A stretch of 64,000 nt of DNA from Acidimicrobiales bacterium (GTDB lineage: Bacteria > Actinomycetota > Acidimicrobiia > Acidimicrobiales > Bog-793): the NCBI GenBank assembly GCA_049523315.1, contig JBEKMZ010000003.1:14510-78509 (forward strand), given 5' to 3'. Positions within the stretch are counted from its first letter, which is position 1; each line of letters starts with the position of its first letter. Under the pieces are notes generated by a model that was given only the letters and a program-made list of their open reading frames with translations, was not told where the DNA came from and ran no database searches. The translations under genes were made by a program, and so were the position numbers. Positions 27,702-36,850 of this stretch are shown piece after piece.

Positions 27702-28136
27702 CTATCCGCACGTGATGCCCTCGGCGTCGAGGAACTGGCGGTACGCCTCGATACCCTCAGGCCCGGTGACGAGGTCGGCCGCATCGCCTGCCCAGTCGGA
27801 TGGACGTAGCCGCGCGACCCAGCCGGCCCCGTAGGGGTCCGAGTTCACGAGGCTCGGCGAGGCGAGAAGGGCATCGTTCACCTCGACGATCTCGCCGCTT
27901 ATGGGCGCCGTGACAGGGCCCACCCATTTGCCGCTCTCCACGGTGGCGATGTTCCGGCCCTTTTGGACGAGCTTGCCAGCCGCCTTCGGCGTAACGGCCA
28001 CGATCGTCTTTGCGAGGCTCTGGGCAACGTCGGTCATGCCGACCGTGACGAGTTCCCCGTCACGGCGGGCCCAGACGTGCCTTCCCACTATGTAGTACAG
28101 CTCCTCGGGAAGGTTGCACTTGTTGACGACGGTCAT
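27702..28136 (-). CDS. GcvH-like lipoate-binding protein (LbpA type)
   Basis: ATG at 28136. The glycine-cleavage-H fold pattern is VGMTDVAQSL...ATVESGKWVGPVTAPISGEIVEVN...DPYGAGW, with the lipoyl-Lys in VESGKW. Confidence 0.85.
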   Translation of the reverse strand: MTVVNKCNLPEELYYIVGRHVWARRDGELVTVGMTDVAQSLAKTIVAVTPKAAGKLVQKGRNIATVESGKWVGPVTAPISGEIVEVNDALLASPSLVNSDPYGAGWVARLRPSDWAGDAADLVTGPEGIEAYRQFLDAEGITCG

Positions 28137-28191
28137 GTTCTCTCCTTCAGCGCGACTTGCGGGCCGACGTGTCTCTCGCGTCTTCGCCGCA

Positions 28192-30354
28192 TCACACTGT
28201 GACCCCGACACTGGGCGGCCCGACCGGCCGATAGAGTGCCTCCCCGATGAGCGAGACGATGTCGCGCACGGCGATCCGGTTCTCGGCGCGGGTCGTCTTG
28301 ACCGCCTCGGAGAACATGACCAGGTCCTTGGGGCAGGCCACGACGAATCGTCCCACGTCCAAAGAAAGGGCCTCCTTTATCCGTATCTCACTCGGGCGCT
28401 CGGAGAGGTAGCTGTCGTCCATCCAGATTCGCCCTCCACCTGCGCCGCAACAGAACGTGTCCGTGCGGTTGCGGGGCAGCTCGACGAGCTCGCAGCCGAG
28501 TGACTGCAGGATCCGGCGAGGGGCGTCGACCACGCCGTTGTAGCGCGCCAGGTAGCACGGGTCGTGATAGGTGACCCGATACCCGAGCGGCCGCACCGCG
28601 ATCTCACCGGTCTCCAACAGGCTCGCGAGCAGCTCGGTGTAGTGCCGGACCGGGTAACTAGCCCCGAGCGACGGGTACTCGTTGCGAAACGCGTTGAGTG
28701 TGTGCGGGTCGGTCGTGAAGATCTCCTCGAAATGGGCCCCGGCCAGGGCCTCGAGGTTCTGCTGGGCGAGCATCTCGAACAAACCTTCCTCGCCGACGCG
28801 CCGGACATCGTTGCCCGAATTGCGCTCCGCCTCGTAGAGGAGGCCGAAGTTGACCCCGGCATCGTGCAGGATCCTCGCCAGGAGACGGCTGGTCTCGCCC
28901 AGCCGCTCGTCGAAGCTGGCGTAGTCGCCCACGAACCACAGATACCTCACGGGCTGCTTTCGGACATCGGGGATCTGGAACTCAAGCTCACGCGTCCAGC
29001 GTCCACGTGTCCGGGCCGACTTCCCGAAGGAATTCCCCTGCGCGGCCAGGTTCTGCAGCGCCTGTTGCAAGGTGTGGTCGAGATTCCCCTCGTTGACCAG
29101 GCTCCGTCGCAGCTGGATGATCGTGGGCACCTGTTCCACCCCGACAGGGCAGACGTCCACGCAGTGCATGCACGTCGTGCAAGACCACAAAGCCCCGGCC
29201 TCGATCACCTCGCCGGCGATCCTTACGCCCTTGGCGGGCGAGAGCGGACCACTGCGCTGCGGCCTTTGCTCGCGATCGAGCAGGGTCGTCCCTCCGGCCG
29301 AGGTGTCAACCCACTGGCGCAGGTCGAGGATCAGGTCGCGCGGCGACAGTGGCGCCCCGCCGGCACGTGCCGGGCAGACGTCGTGGCAGCGGCCACACTT
29401 CGTGCACGCGTCGAGGTCCAAGAGCTCTTTCCAGGTGAAGTCCGAAATCTCCTCGTAGCCGGGGTGCTTCGGTGCTGGCGCAGCCAGCCGGAGCGTCGCC
29501 GAACGGTCCGTCGCGACCAGGTTCACCCCGTCGAGCAGCATGTGCATCGCCTTGGAGTACGGGACATAAGCGACAAAACTCAGCGCGAGCACGACGTGGA
29601 TCCACCACATGACGGTGTGGGCCCTTATCGCCTGCGCGGACGTCATGCCAAGGCCGGAGAATATCTCCGCGACCGACCGGCCGAAGGGGCTGAACACCGT
29701 GAACCAGGCCATGTGCTGGCCGAGAATGCGCAGTCCAGTCAACAGGTAGGCAGTCACGAGGATGGCCCCGAGCAGCCCCAGGAACATCCAGTCGCCCTCG
29801 ACCATGGCTCTTCTCGAATAGCCGCCCGTGGGCGTGCCTGCCCGGTCGTAGGACAGCCGCTCTGGCTTGAGCATGCCCCTGCGCACCGCCATATAAGCCA
29901 GGGCGACGAGGAACGCGAAGCCCATGGTGTCGACAGCGAAGGTGTAGACGATGAAGAACGTGCCGTGGAAGAAACTGTCCTCGTGCCCGGCGACCAAGCG
30001 TGAAGCTGTCCGGACGACGTCGGTGTCGACCGTGAGGATCACCGTCGCCATGAAAGCGACGAGGAACCCCCAGAGCATGAAAAAGTGCGCGACGCCGGTG
30101 CCCCGGTTCGCTCTCGTGACCGTCGTGCCCTTGGCGATCGAGCGCAGTCGGCTGGCGAGCGCCGCCCGGATCGTCGGTCCTCGACCCGCCGCCCGGCCGA
30201 GCCTGTACTTGCGCACGCGCCGCCAGACACCCCATGCGAACACCGCCGTCGACAGCGTCGCCAGGCAGTAGAAGATCGCCTTGCCCACAGATCCGATTCC
30301 CTCGAACAAGGGCCGGCTCACGTCGGTCGCCAGCAGACCGAGCGAGCCTGTCAC
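28192..30354 (-). CDS. Membrane-bound HdrD/DsrMK-like Fe-S oxidoreductase, ETF:(mena)quinone oxidoreductase type (Emo / EtfD-like)
   Basis: N-terminal ~300 aa with 5-6 TM helices (NarI/DsrM-like). Two ferredoxin Cys clusters (CTKCGRCHDVCP, CTTCMHCVDVCP) and two CCG domains (HDPCYLARY, FCCGAGGG). Starts 2 nt after etfA. Confidence 0.85.
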   Translation of the reverse strand: MTGSLGLLATDVSRPLFEGIGSVGKAIFYCLATLSTAVFAWGVWRRVRKYRLGRAAGRGPTIRAALASRLRSIAKGTTVTRANRGTGVAHFFMLWGFLVAFMATVILTVDTDVVRTASRLVAGHEDSFFHGTFFIVYTFAVDTMGFAFLVALAYMAVRRGMLKPERLSYDRAGTPTGGYSRRAMVEGDWMFLGLLGAILVTAYLLTGLRILGQHMAWFTVFSPFGRSVAEIFSGLGMTSAQAIRAHTVMWWIHVVLALSFVAYVPYSKAMHMLLDGVNLVATDRSATLRLAAPAPKHPGYEEISDFTWKELLDLDACTKCGRCHDVCPARAGGAPLSPRDLILDLRQWVDTSAGGTTLLDREQRPQRSGPLSPAKGVRIAGEVIEAGALWSCTTCMHCVDVCPVGVEQVPTIIQLRRSLVNEGNLDHTLQQALQNLAAQGNSFGKSARTRGRWTRELEFQIPDVRKQPVRYLWFVGDYASFDERLGETSRLLARILHDAGVNFGLLYEAERNSGNDVRRVGEEGLFEMLAQQNLEALAGAHFEEIFTTDPHTLNAFRNEYPSLGASYPVRHYTELLASLLETGEIAVRPLGYRVTYHDPCYLARYNGVVDAPRRILQSLGCELVELPRNRTDTFCCGAGGGRIWMDDSYLSERPSEIRIKEALSLDVGRFVVACPKDLVMFSEAVKTTRAENRIAVRDIVSLIGEALYRPVGPPSVGVTV

Positions 30355-30356
30355 GC

Positions 30357-31319
30357 TCAGCCCCTGATCCGGTCCACGAGCTCGGGGACGAGATCGAACA
30401 GGTCGACGGATGTCCCGTAGTGGGCGACACCGAAAATTGGGGCCGCGGGATCGGTGTTGCAGGCGATGATCAGCTCCGCGCTACGCATGCCTTCGAGGTG
30501 TTCCGGGGCTCCCGAGATCCCGAGAGCGAGGTAAACCCTCGGCTTAACCTTCACGCCCGACTGCCCCACGTGGCGAGTCTTCGGCAGCCACCCCGCGTCC
30601 ACCACAGGGCGCGAAGCCGAGAGCGGGACGCCGAGGGCATCCGCGAGCTCGAGCACGATCTCGAGGTTGTCCTGCGACTCGATGCCTCGTCCTACCGAGA
30701 CGAGCATCTCGGCCGAGGTGATGTCCACATCTCCCTCAGTCGCTTCGATCACCCGGCGTAGTGACATCCGCAGGGTATCGAGGCCGGGCGATGGAGCTAG
30801 CCCCATGAACTCTGTCGTGACTGCCTTCGGGTCGGTCGATGTGGCGCAGGCGCCGCCCATGACGGTGGCGATCACGCGCTCGCCCGCAAGTTCGACGTCG
30901 GCGAGAACCTTCCCGCCCAGCATCTGTGCAGTGGCCACGATGGCACCGTCTTCGACCCAGAGATCACTCACGTAAGCCGCCAACGACGCATTCCAGTGCA
31001 CCGCGAGCGCCGCCCCGAGATCCAGGCCCACGGTCGCGTTCGACATGAGCAAGAGACGCGGGGACCGCTCTGCCAGCACCTCCAAGAGCTCGTGCTCGTA
31101 AGCCTCCGGGATGTACTGCGACAAGACAGGGTGTTCGACGCAGACCACGACGTCGGCACCGCCGAGTTGATCGGCGAGCTCTCGCGCTCCGAGCAGCACG
31201 ACCTCGGTCGTCCCACCGAGCGCCAATGCGAGCTCACGCGCCTTGCCGATGAGCTCGTAGGTCCCGTCGGAGACTTGCGCTCCCGTGTGCTCGGCGAGAA
31301 CCATGACGTTGTCGCTCAC
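30357..31319 (-). CDS. etfA: Electron transfer flavoprotein alpha subunit
   Basis: C-terminal FAD-binding signature PRVYLALGISGAPEHLEGMRSAELIIACNTDPAAPIF. Confidence 0.9.
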   Translation of the reverse strand: MSDNVMVLAEHTGAQVSDGTYELIGKARELALALGGTTEVVLLGARELADQLGGADVVVCVEHPVLSQYIPEAYEHELLEVLAERSPRLLLMSNATVGLDLGAALAVHWNASLAAYVSDLWVEDGAIVATAQMLGGKVLADVELAGERVIATVMGGACATSTDPKAVTTEFMGLAPSPGLDTLRMSLRRVIEATEGDVDITSAEMLVSVGRGIESQDNLEIVLELADALGVPLSASRPVVDAGWLPKTRHVGQSGVKVKPRVYLALGISGAPEHLEGMRSAELIIACNTDPAAPIFGVAHYGTSVDLFDLVPELVDRIRG

Positions 31320-31326
31320 TTGATGG

Positions 31327-32118
31327 TCACCCTTTCACCAGGCCACGTGTGCGAAGCATTCCCACGATCTGCTCGGCCACTTCCCCGGCACTGCCGGCGA
31401 GCATCTCGGCCTGACCCGTCCTCTCGGGTAGGTGCAAGCGGCGCACGAGCACCTCGGTTCCCGCCGATGCCACTGGTGAGACGGCCCTCTCCTCGATGGA
31501 GCCGGACTGCATGGCCTGTTTGATCCGACTGATCGGGGCGTAGCGCGGGACCTGGCGAGCGGACTGGACACCGATCACTGCAGGCATCTGCACCTCCAGC
31601 TCGTGTGACCGCCCGGCCGCGAACTCCTGTCGGACAATTATCGAGCCGCCCTCGGCCTCGATGCTCACGACCACCGACACGTGTGGGAGGCCAACGAGCG
31701 CGGCCAGCCTGGAGGGCAGCTGGCCGTCGGGGTCGTCACAGGCCTGCACGCCGGTGATCACCAGGTCGGCCGGCTCGGTCGCCAGGTATCCCGCCAGAAG
31801 GCGTGCCCGCTCGGACAGTTTGATTCCCGCTCGGAGCGGTTCTTTCCCGCTCGCGTCGGCGAGCTTGACCGCCGTGTCCGCTCCCTTGGCGAGCGCGGTG
31901 TAGAGGATCTGGTCGACCTCGGGGTCCGCGGCCATTCCGAGCGCGACCACCTCGGCCCCGTTCGCGTCCTTGATCAGCAGGGCCTCTTCGAGAGCCTGCG
32001 CGTCCCACTCGTTGACCACGAAGCTCAGATACTCCCGGTCGATCCCGGCCCCGTCCGCGGTTAGCTCGATCTCCTCCACGAGATCTGGCACCGCCTTCAT
32101 AGGCACCACGATTCGCAC
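31327..32118 (-). CDS. etfB: Electron transfer flavoprotein beta subunit
   Basis: MRIVVPMKAVPDLVEEIEL...NEWDAQALEEALLIKD is typical of EtfB/FixA. Confidence 0.9.
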   Translation of the reverse strand: MRIVVPMKAVPDLVEEIELTADGAGIDREYLSFVVNEWDAQALEEALLIKDANGAEVVALGMAADPEVDQILYTALAKGADTAVKLADASGKEPLRAGIKLSERARLLAGYLATEPADLVITGVQACDDPDGQLPSRLAALVGLPHVSVVVSIEAEGGSIIVRQEFAAGRSHELEVQMPAVIGVQSARQVPRYAPISRIKQAMQSGSIEERAVSPVASAGTEVLVRRLHLPERTGQAEMLAGSAGEVAEQIVGMLRTRGLVKG

Positions 32119-32119
32119 C

Positions 32120-33226
32120 TCAGCTCACCTCTCTACGCTCTTGTTTGACGAGATCGCCCAACCGCAGCTGCTCGCGGATCTCCTCGAGATCGCTCTCGGT
32201 GGGCGCAAACGGATAGTCACGGAAGGCCTCCGTGGGCCGGTACGACCCGTACGGCCTCGTGCAGCCCGGTGAGTGATCTTCGCCCGGGCAGCCGTTTGTC
32301 ATGAACGCCGTCGCGTCCGTGACGACTGCCTCGAGGGCGCCGTGGGGCGCCCGGACACACGCGATCCCGCCTTGCTCGTCGAAGCCGAAGCTCCCCAGCT
32401 CGTAGCCTTCGGTCTCGATCAGATGCCTGGCGAGCTGCAGCCTGCGCCACCGGCGCAGAGGCGGCTTCGGCTGTGACGCCATGCGCGAGCCCGGCTCCGG
32501 ATTGAAACAGAAAAGGTAGGAAAAGACCTCCCGGTCCCGCAGCTGGACGAACAAGGAGACCAGGTCGCGATCGGTCTCACCGAGACCCACGAGGGTGTGC
32601 ACGTTGACCTTCCAGGGCCCGAAGATCTCCCGGGCGTCGGTCACGATCTCCCAGTACTTGTCCCACCTGAGCCCGCCAGCGGGGACGTCTGTGCGGGTGC
32701 TCGCGAATAGTTCCTCGGTTACGGCATCGAGTCCGACGCCGATCATGTCGACGCCAATCGACTTGAACTCTTCGAGCCCCCGTCGTTTGAGCGTCGGCGG
32801 CGCAACGAGGATCGATATCGGCGTCCCGACGCGCGCAGCGATCCAGCGGGTGATGTCGCAGGTGTCGCGGTACGCCCGGCCGTGGGTGACCATCGAGATG
32901 CAGACCCGCGTGAGGGCCGGCTCGAAACGCGCCATGCGCTCTACGAGCTCATCGGTGCGCACAAGCGGCCACTCGACCCTGATGAACGACTTGTCCTCGT
33001 AGTTGCCCGGGCGGCTCCGGGCGAGCCCGCAGTAGCCGCAGCCCGAGCGGCACCCCTCATCGTAATTCAGAAGGATGTTGATGCCACCGAACTCGAAGTC
33101 TCGACCGAACCGGCCCGAGCGCATCCGCAGTGCGATAGCGCTCGCCATGGAAACTCTTACGTACTCCGGGCTGGTTCGTGTCACGGCGAGCGCTGACGGC
33201 GTGAATGGGACTTGGCGGACGGCCAC
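32120..33226 (-). CDS. Radical SAM protein, LipS1/LipS2-type (biotin/lipoyl synthase-like sulfur insertion)
   Basis: CRSGCGYCG (CX3CX2C) cluster motif and a TIM-barrel-like length. It is embedded between lipoate ligase and etf genes. I cannot say from sequence alone which LipS paralogue it is. Confidence 0.75.
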   Translation of the reverse strand: MAVRQVPFTPSALAVTRTSPEYVRVSMASAIALRMRSGRFGRDFEFGGINILLNYDEGCRSGCGYCGLARSRPGNYEDKSFIRVEWPLVRTDELVERMARFEPALTRVCISMVTHGRAYRDTCDITRWIAARVGTPISILVAPPTLKRRGLEEFKSIGVDMIGVGLDAVTEELFASTRTDVPAGGLRWDKYWEIVTDAREIFGPWKVNVHTLVGLGETDRDLVSLFVQLRDREVFSYLFCFNPEPGSRMASQPKPPLRRWRRLQLARHLIETEGYELGSFGFDEQGGIACVRAPHGALEAVVTDATAFMTNGCPGEDHSPGCTRPYGSYRPTEAFRDYPFAPTESDLEEIREQLRLGDLVKQERREVS

Positions 33227-33319
33227 GTCGCCTGCCCTTAGCTCGGATCGGTGGGCGCGGGTGCGCCCGGAGCGACCGGCGCTCCGACGAAGGAAGCGGA
33301 GCCCGCGGCCCGAACCGGC

Positions 33320-34384
33320 TCAGGCATCGGAACCTCGCGAGCTTGCGCCCGCCTCAATGATGATCTCGACGAGCTGCGCGGCGCTGACGCCGAGCGCGTC
33401 GGCCGCACCCGAGCGGGCAACCACGTCAAGGACAGAGGCGTGATCGAGGCGCCGCCAGCGCAGTCCCGACTCCATGGCCGCCATTTCGGGCGGCAGCTCG
33501 TTGAAGTCCCCGACCACCATCGCGCTCTTCACGAGCCCGCAGTGGGTGGCGAGATAGATCCTGGCAAGCCCGGCCGGCGTCTTCAACATCGCCGAGCCGC
33601 TGGCGTCGTCGGCAACGCTCCGCTCGTCGAGCCAGGACTGTGACCCGTAACGGCTGATGGCGAGGGCATTCGCGAGGGCCTCCTCCTCGGCGTCTACAAG
33701 GGCGGGGTCGAGATCCACTTCGAAGCCCGATTCGAAGCCCTTCGCGATGAAGGGTCGAATCCTCGCCGCGTCCCAGACGGAGCCCGTCTCGGCGGACACC
33801 GTCGTGATGCGCTCGCTCACGGCTGCAACGGCCCTATCGGCCAGCTTGGCTGCTGGTATCCGTAGCACCTCAAGCATGAGCCCGACGTCCAGGTGGGCGA
33901 GAACGCTCGCGTGGAAGATCATCGCTCCGGCCTCGTCGACATACAGGCCCAGCCCGGCGATCTTGCGACCGGCGACCTCGAGGTCGTTCTTGCCATGAAA
34001 GCTCGCCGTGATGCCGAGTTCGGCGAGACCTGCTACAAGCCCGTTCGCGAGCGCCGCGATGGTCTCCCGGGGGCGCTCACCAGCACGACACCTGTCCAGG
34101 TACGCGACGCCCAGCTGTCCGGCGCCCATCACGATGGCGCCGCCGCCGGTCAAGCGTCGGCTGACTTGCGTGTCGGTGCGGCGGCAAGCGGCGAGATCGA
34201 CCTCGGCGTTCAGGTTCTGGTATCGGCCGATCAGCGCGCAGTGGTCCCGATAGCTATACAGCCGGAGCGTCGGCGCGCTCTTCTGTGCCTCGTGGCGATA
34301 ACGGGCCATGAGGGCCTCGTCGAGGGCAAGGCCCTCCGCGGCGCCGACACCGTCATCGGCCAAGAGCCGCCATGCTCCGCTCAC
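33320..34384 (-). CDS. Lipoate-protein ligase family protein (LplA-like, copy 1)
   Basis: BPL/LplA/LipB catalytic pattern: LRLYSYRDHCALIGRYQN, SRRLTGGGAIVMG, AGRKIAGLG. The GTG start overlaps the upstream stop (GTGA). Confidence 0.85.
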   Translation of the reverse strand: MSGAWRLLADDGVGAAEGLALDEALMARYRHEAQKSAPTLRLYSYRDHCALIGRYQNLNAEVDLAACRRTDTQVSRRLTGGGAIVMGAGQLGVAYLDRCRAGERPRETIAALANGLVAGLAELGITASFHGKNDLEVAGRKIAGLGLYVDEAGAMIFHASVLAHLDVGLMLEVLRIPAAKLADRAVAAVSERITTVSAETGSVWDAARIRPFIAKGFESGFEVDLDPALVDAEEEALANALAISRYGSQSWLDERSVADDASGSAMLKTPAGLARIYLATHCGLVKSAMVVGDFNELPPEMAAMESGLRWRRLDHASVLDVVARSGAADALGVSAAQLVEIIIEAGASSRGSDA

Positions 34385-35361
34385 GATCCCACCTTCACCG
34401 CGTTGAAGCGGCTCTCGGATTCCCCGCTCCAGGTGAGAGAACAGCAGTACTCGAAGAGCCTCGGCGTCAGACCGCGCGACCTCGCGTACTCGATGGCGCC
34501 CTCGGCCGGATAGGCGATGCCGTTCAGGCCCAGGTCGATGGCGGCCTCGTCGAGCTCGCGCTTTTGGGCGCCGAGCGGGCGTGCACAGCCGAGGTTGATG
34601 CTGGTCGAGGGAACTGCGAGGCGAGCGGTAGCAAAGAAGTCCGTGACCTGGTCGACCGGCGGCGGTGCCAGATGCTCCATCGGCGTGCCGACGAGCGGCA
34701 CGAGCACCACCAGGATCAGGGTCGACACCTGGTACTGGGTAAGCATCTCCAGCGCTCGATGCTCGCCCAGAAACTGGCCATAATGCAGCCCGAGCACGAT
34801 GTGGGGCAAGATCCGCAGCCCATGGTCGGAGAGGAGCTGCAGGGACCGGCCCACGTCGACGACGGTGAGGTCCAGGTGGTAGACGTCGCGCAGCGTCTCG
34901 TCAGCCCCTACGACATCGAGCATGACACCGTCGACGCCCGATGCCGCCAAACCCTCGGCGAGCTCTGGTGAGACGAGGCCCGAATGAACGATGACCTTCA
35001 TTCCGAGCTCTTCACGAATCCGCGGGACGTGGCGCAGATGTCCCAACAGCGGCACCGCTCCGTAGCGTGTCGAGCCGCCGGAGACGAGTATCCCCTCGCT
35101 TCCCTGCTCACGGAGCTGTGCCGCGAGATCGAACAGGTCGCTGCCCGCCCTTACCGAGACCATGCCGCCCAGCACCTTGGCCTGACAGTGGTCGCAACAA
35201 AGCGCGCACGCCCTGCCCGTGACCGACACCGCCAAGAAACGGCGCGAGCTCGCGGGGACCCACTCAGAGGTCTGCCAGCGCTTAAGGCCCGGGGCGTAGA
35301 AGTCCATCACGTCGGGGAAATTCGACCGCCGCAGCGCGCTGGGCGATGCCGCCGTCGTCAT
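34381..35361 (-). CDS. Radical SAM protein, LipS1/LipS2-type (second paralogue)
   Basis: Cys cluster VTGRACALCCDHCQ. 326 aa with GG-rich SAM-binding stretches (ILVSGGS). Sandwiched between a GcvH-like gene and a ligase gene. Confidence 0.7.
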   Translation of the reverse strand: MTTAASPSALRRSNFPDVMDFYAPGLKRWQTSEWVPASSRRFLAVSVTGRACALCCDHCQAKVLGGMVSVRAGSDLFDLAAQLREQGSEGILVSGGSTRYGAVPLLGHLRHVPRIREELGMKVIVHSGLVSPELAEGLAASGVDGVMLDVVGADETLRDVYHLDLTVVDVGRSLQLLSDHGLRILPHIVLGLHYGQFLGEHRALEMLTQYQVSTLILVVLVPLVGTPMEHLAPPPVDQVTDFFATARLAVPSTSINLGCARPLGAQKRELDEAAIDLGLNGIAYPAEGAIEYARSRGLTPRLFEYCCSLTWSGESESRFNAVKVGS

Positions 35362-35822
35362 TCGGCGATGATCCCGCGAAGGCGGTAGCCGGCGATCTTG
35401 GCGGCGAACCAGGCGGTCACCTCAGCAGGGTCGCTGAGCAGCCCATCAAGTTGAGCGCCTTCCGAGCTCACGCTCGCCTCGATCAACCAGCCCTCGCCGT
35501 ACGGGTCCCGCTCGGCCAGGCCCGCGTCGAGTGCCACCGCCTCATTCACGGCTTCCAGCGCACCGGAGACCGGGCTCAAGAGCGGGCCGACGAACTTGGC
35601 GGCTTCGAGCTGACCGAACGGCCGGCCCGCGCTGAGATTGGTCCCTATCGCGAGGAAGGACAGCTGTGCCAAGGTGCCACTCGTCTCGATGCCGAGCGGG
35701 TCCATGCCGATCCTCACCCGACCCGACCCGCTCACGAGCACCCACATGTGCGACTCTGGCTCATAGCACCTGTCGAGTGCGAGCGGGAAGCCTTCCACCA
35801 AGATGAGCTCAGCCTCTCCCAT
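35358..35822 (-). CDS. GcvH-like lipoate-binding protein (LbpA type, second copy)
   Basis: HMWVLVSGSGRVRIGMDPLG...GQLEAAKFVGPLLSPVSGALEAVN...DPYGEGW. The lipoyl-Lys lies in LEAAKF. Confidence 0.8.
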   Translation of the reverse strand: MGEAELILVEGFPLALDRCYEPESHMWVLVSGSGRVRIGMDPLGIETSGTLAQLSFLAIGTNLSAGRPFGQLEAAKFVGPLLSPVSGALEAVNEAVALDAGLAERDPYGEGWLIEASVSSEGAQLDGLLSDPAEVTAWFAAKIAGYRLRGIIAE

Positions 35823-36850
35823 CAGAGCCTCCCTGGATCTGCGGCCGCGAAGACTGCGGCCACGCGGCGAGCCGGCTCACCGAAGCCGGCTAGCACTTCT
35901 GCGGCAGAGCGCAAAGGGACCCCGGTGAGGGCGTCCTCGACATGTCGGATCGATCCATTGAGTCCCGGGTCGTGCAGCCGCACCTTGTCGAGCGTTCCCC
36001 GGACGACGCTGGCGCTGACACTCGCACTCTTCCAGGCCGCGGCGAACGTCCAGACCCCGGCGCGCACCTTCACTTGTCGCGCTCTCGGAGCGGCGTCGCC
36101 TGCCGAAGACGGCCGGTTCGGGCCCGCAAGCCATTCCTCCGCCTCGAACGTCTCGTCAAGCTCGGCGAGAGTCGTCTCCTCGCTGACGGTCAACTTTCCA
36201 GCGCCGGGGACGAGGCCTAGTGCGGAGCCGTACGCGCTCGTCAACCCAGCCTGGAAAACGGCCGGATCAACCGGGGTCGCATTGACGAAACGGCGCATCA
36301 GCGCCAGCGTCTGATCGCGCTGGTTCCGATCGGCGAGGGCTAGCACCCTAGTCGCCCGGTCATGGTCGAACCGCTCGATCAAGTTCCCGCACACCACGAC
36401 CGCGTCTTCGATCTGACCTGCTCCGTGCCCGCAGATCTTGGCCTCTCCGACGCAGATCTCCATCTCCTCGTCGAGCACAGCTGGCACCCCGGCCGATCGA
36501 AAGGCCGTGACGGCCGGTTCGAGCAGCAAGCGCAGCGCCTCGCGCCGAGCCTGCGGCACGGCGCGAGCTGGCAGGCAAATCTGGAACAGAAGCTGGTCCC
36601 GGTCCAGATAGACCGGACCTCCGCCCACCATCCGACGCAAGATCGGCAGACCCTTCTTGCGGCAGTATTCGTGGTCCAGCTCTTCCACCTGGCGGTGGTA
36701 GCCGAGGCAAACGTACGGAGCCGCCGGGCGGGTGAACGACAGCGTCGCCGGAGCACCCGCCGAGACTCCGTGAGCTATCGCATGCCAAAGGGTCTGGGAG
36801 CGCAGCGGCGAGCAGCTGCCAGAATCGATGACGCGCAGCGGCTCAACCAT
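35822..36850 (-). CDS. Lipoate-protein ligase family protein (LplA-like, copy 2, divergent)
   Basis: YVCLGYHRQVEELDHEYCRKKGLPILRRMVGGGPVYLDRDQLLFQI and GEAKICGHGAGQI follow the LplA catalytic-domain pattern. A ~120-aa C-terminal accessory domain is present. Confidence 0.75.
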   Translation of the reverse strand: MVEPLRVIDSGSCSPLRSQTLWHAIAHGVSAGAPATLSFTRPAAPYVCLGYHRQVEELDHEYCRKKGLPILRRMVGGGPVYLDRDQLLFQICLPARAVPQARREALRLLLEPAVTAFRSAGVPAVLDEEMEICVGEAKICGHGAGQIEDAVVVCGNLIERFDHDRATRVLALADRNQRDQTLALMRRFVNATPVDPAVFQAGLTSAYGSALGLVPGAGKLTVSEETTLAELDETFEAEEWLAGPNRPSSAGDAAPRARQVKVRAGVWTFAAAWKSASVSASVVRGTLDKVRLHDPGLNGSIRHVEDALTGVPLRSAAEVLAGFGEPARRVAAVFAAADPGRL

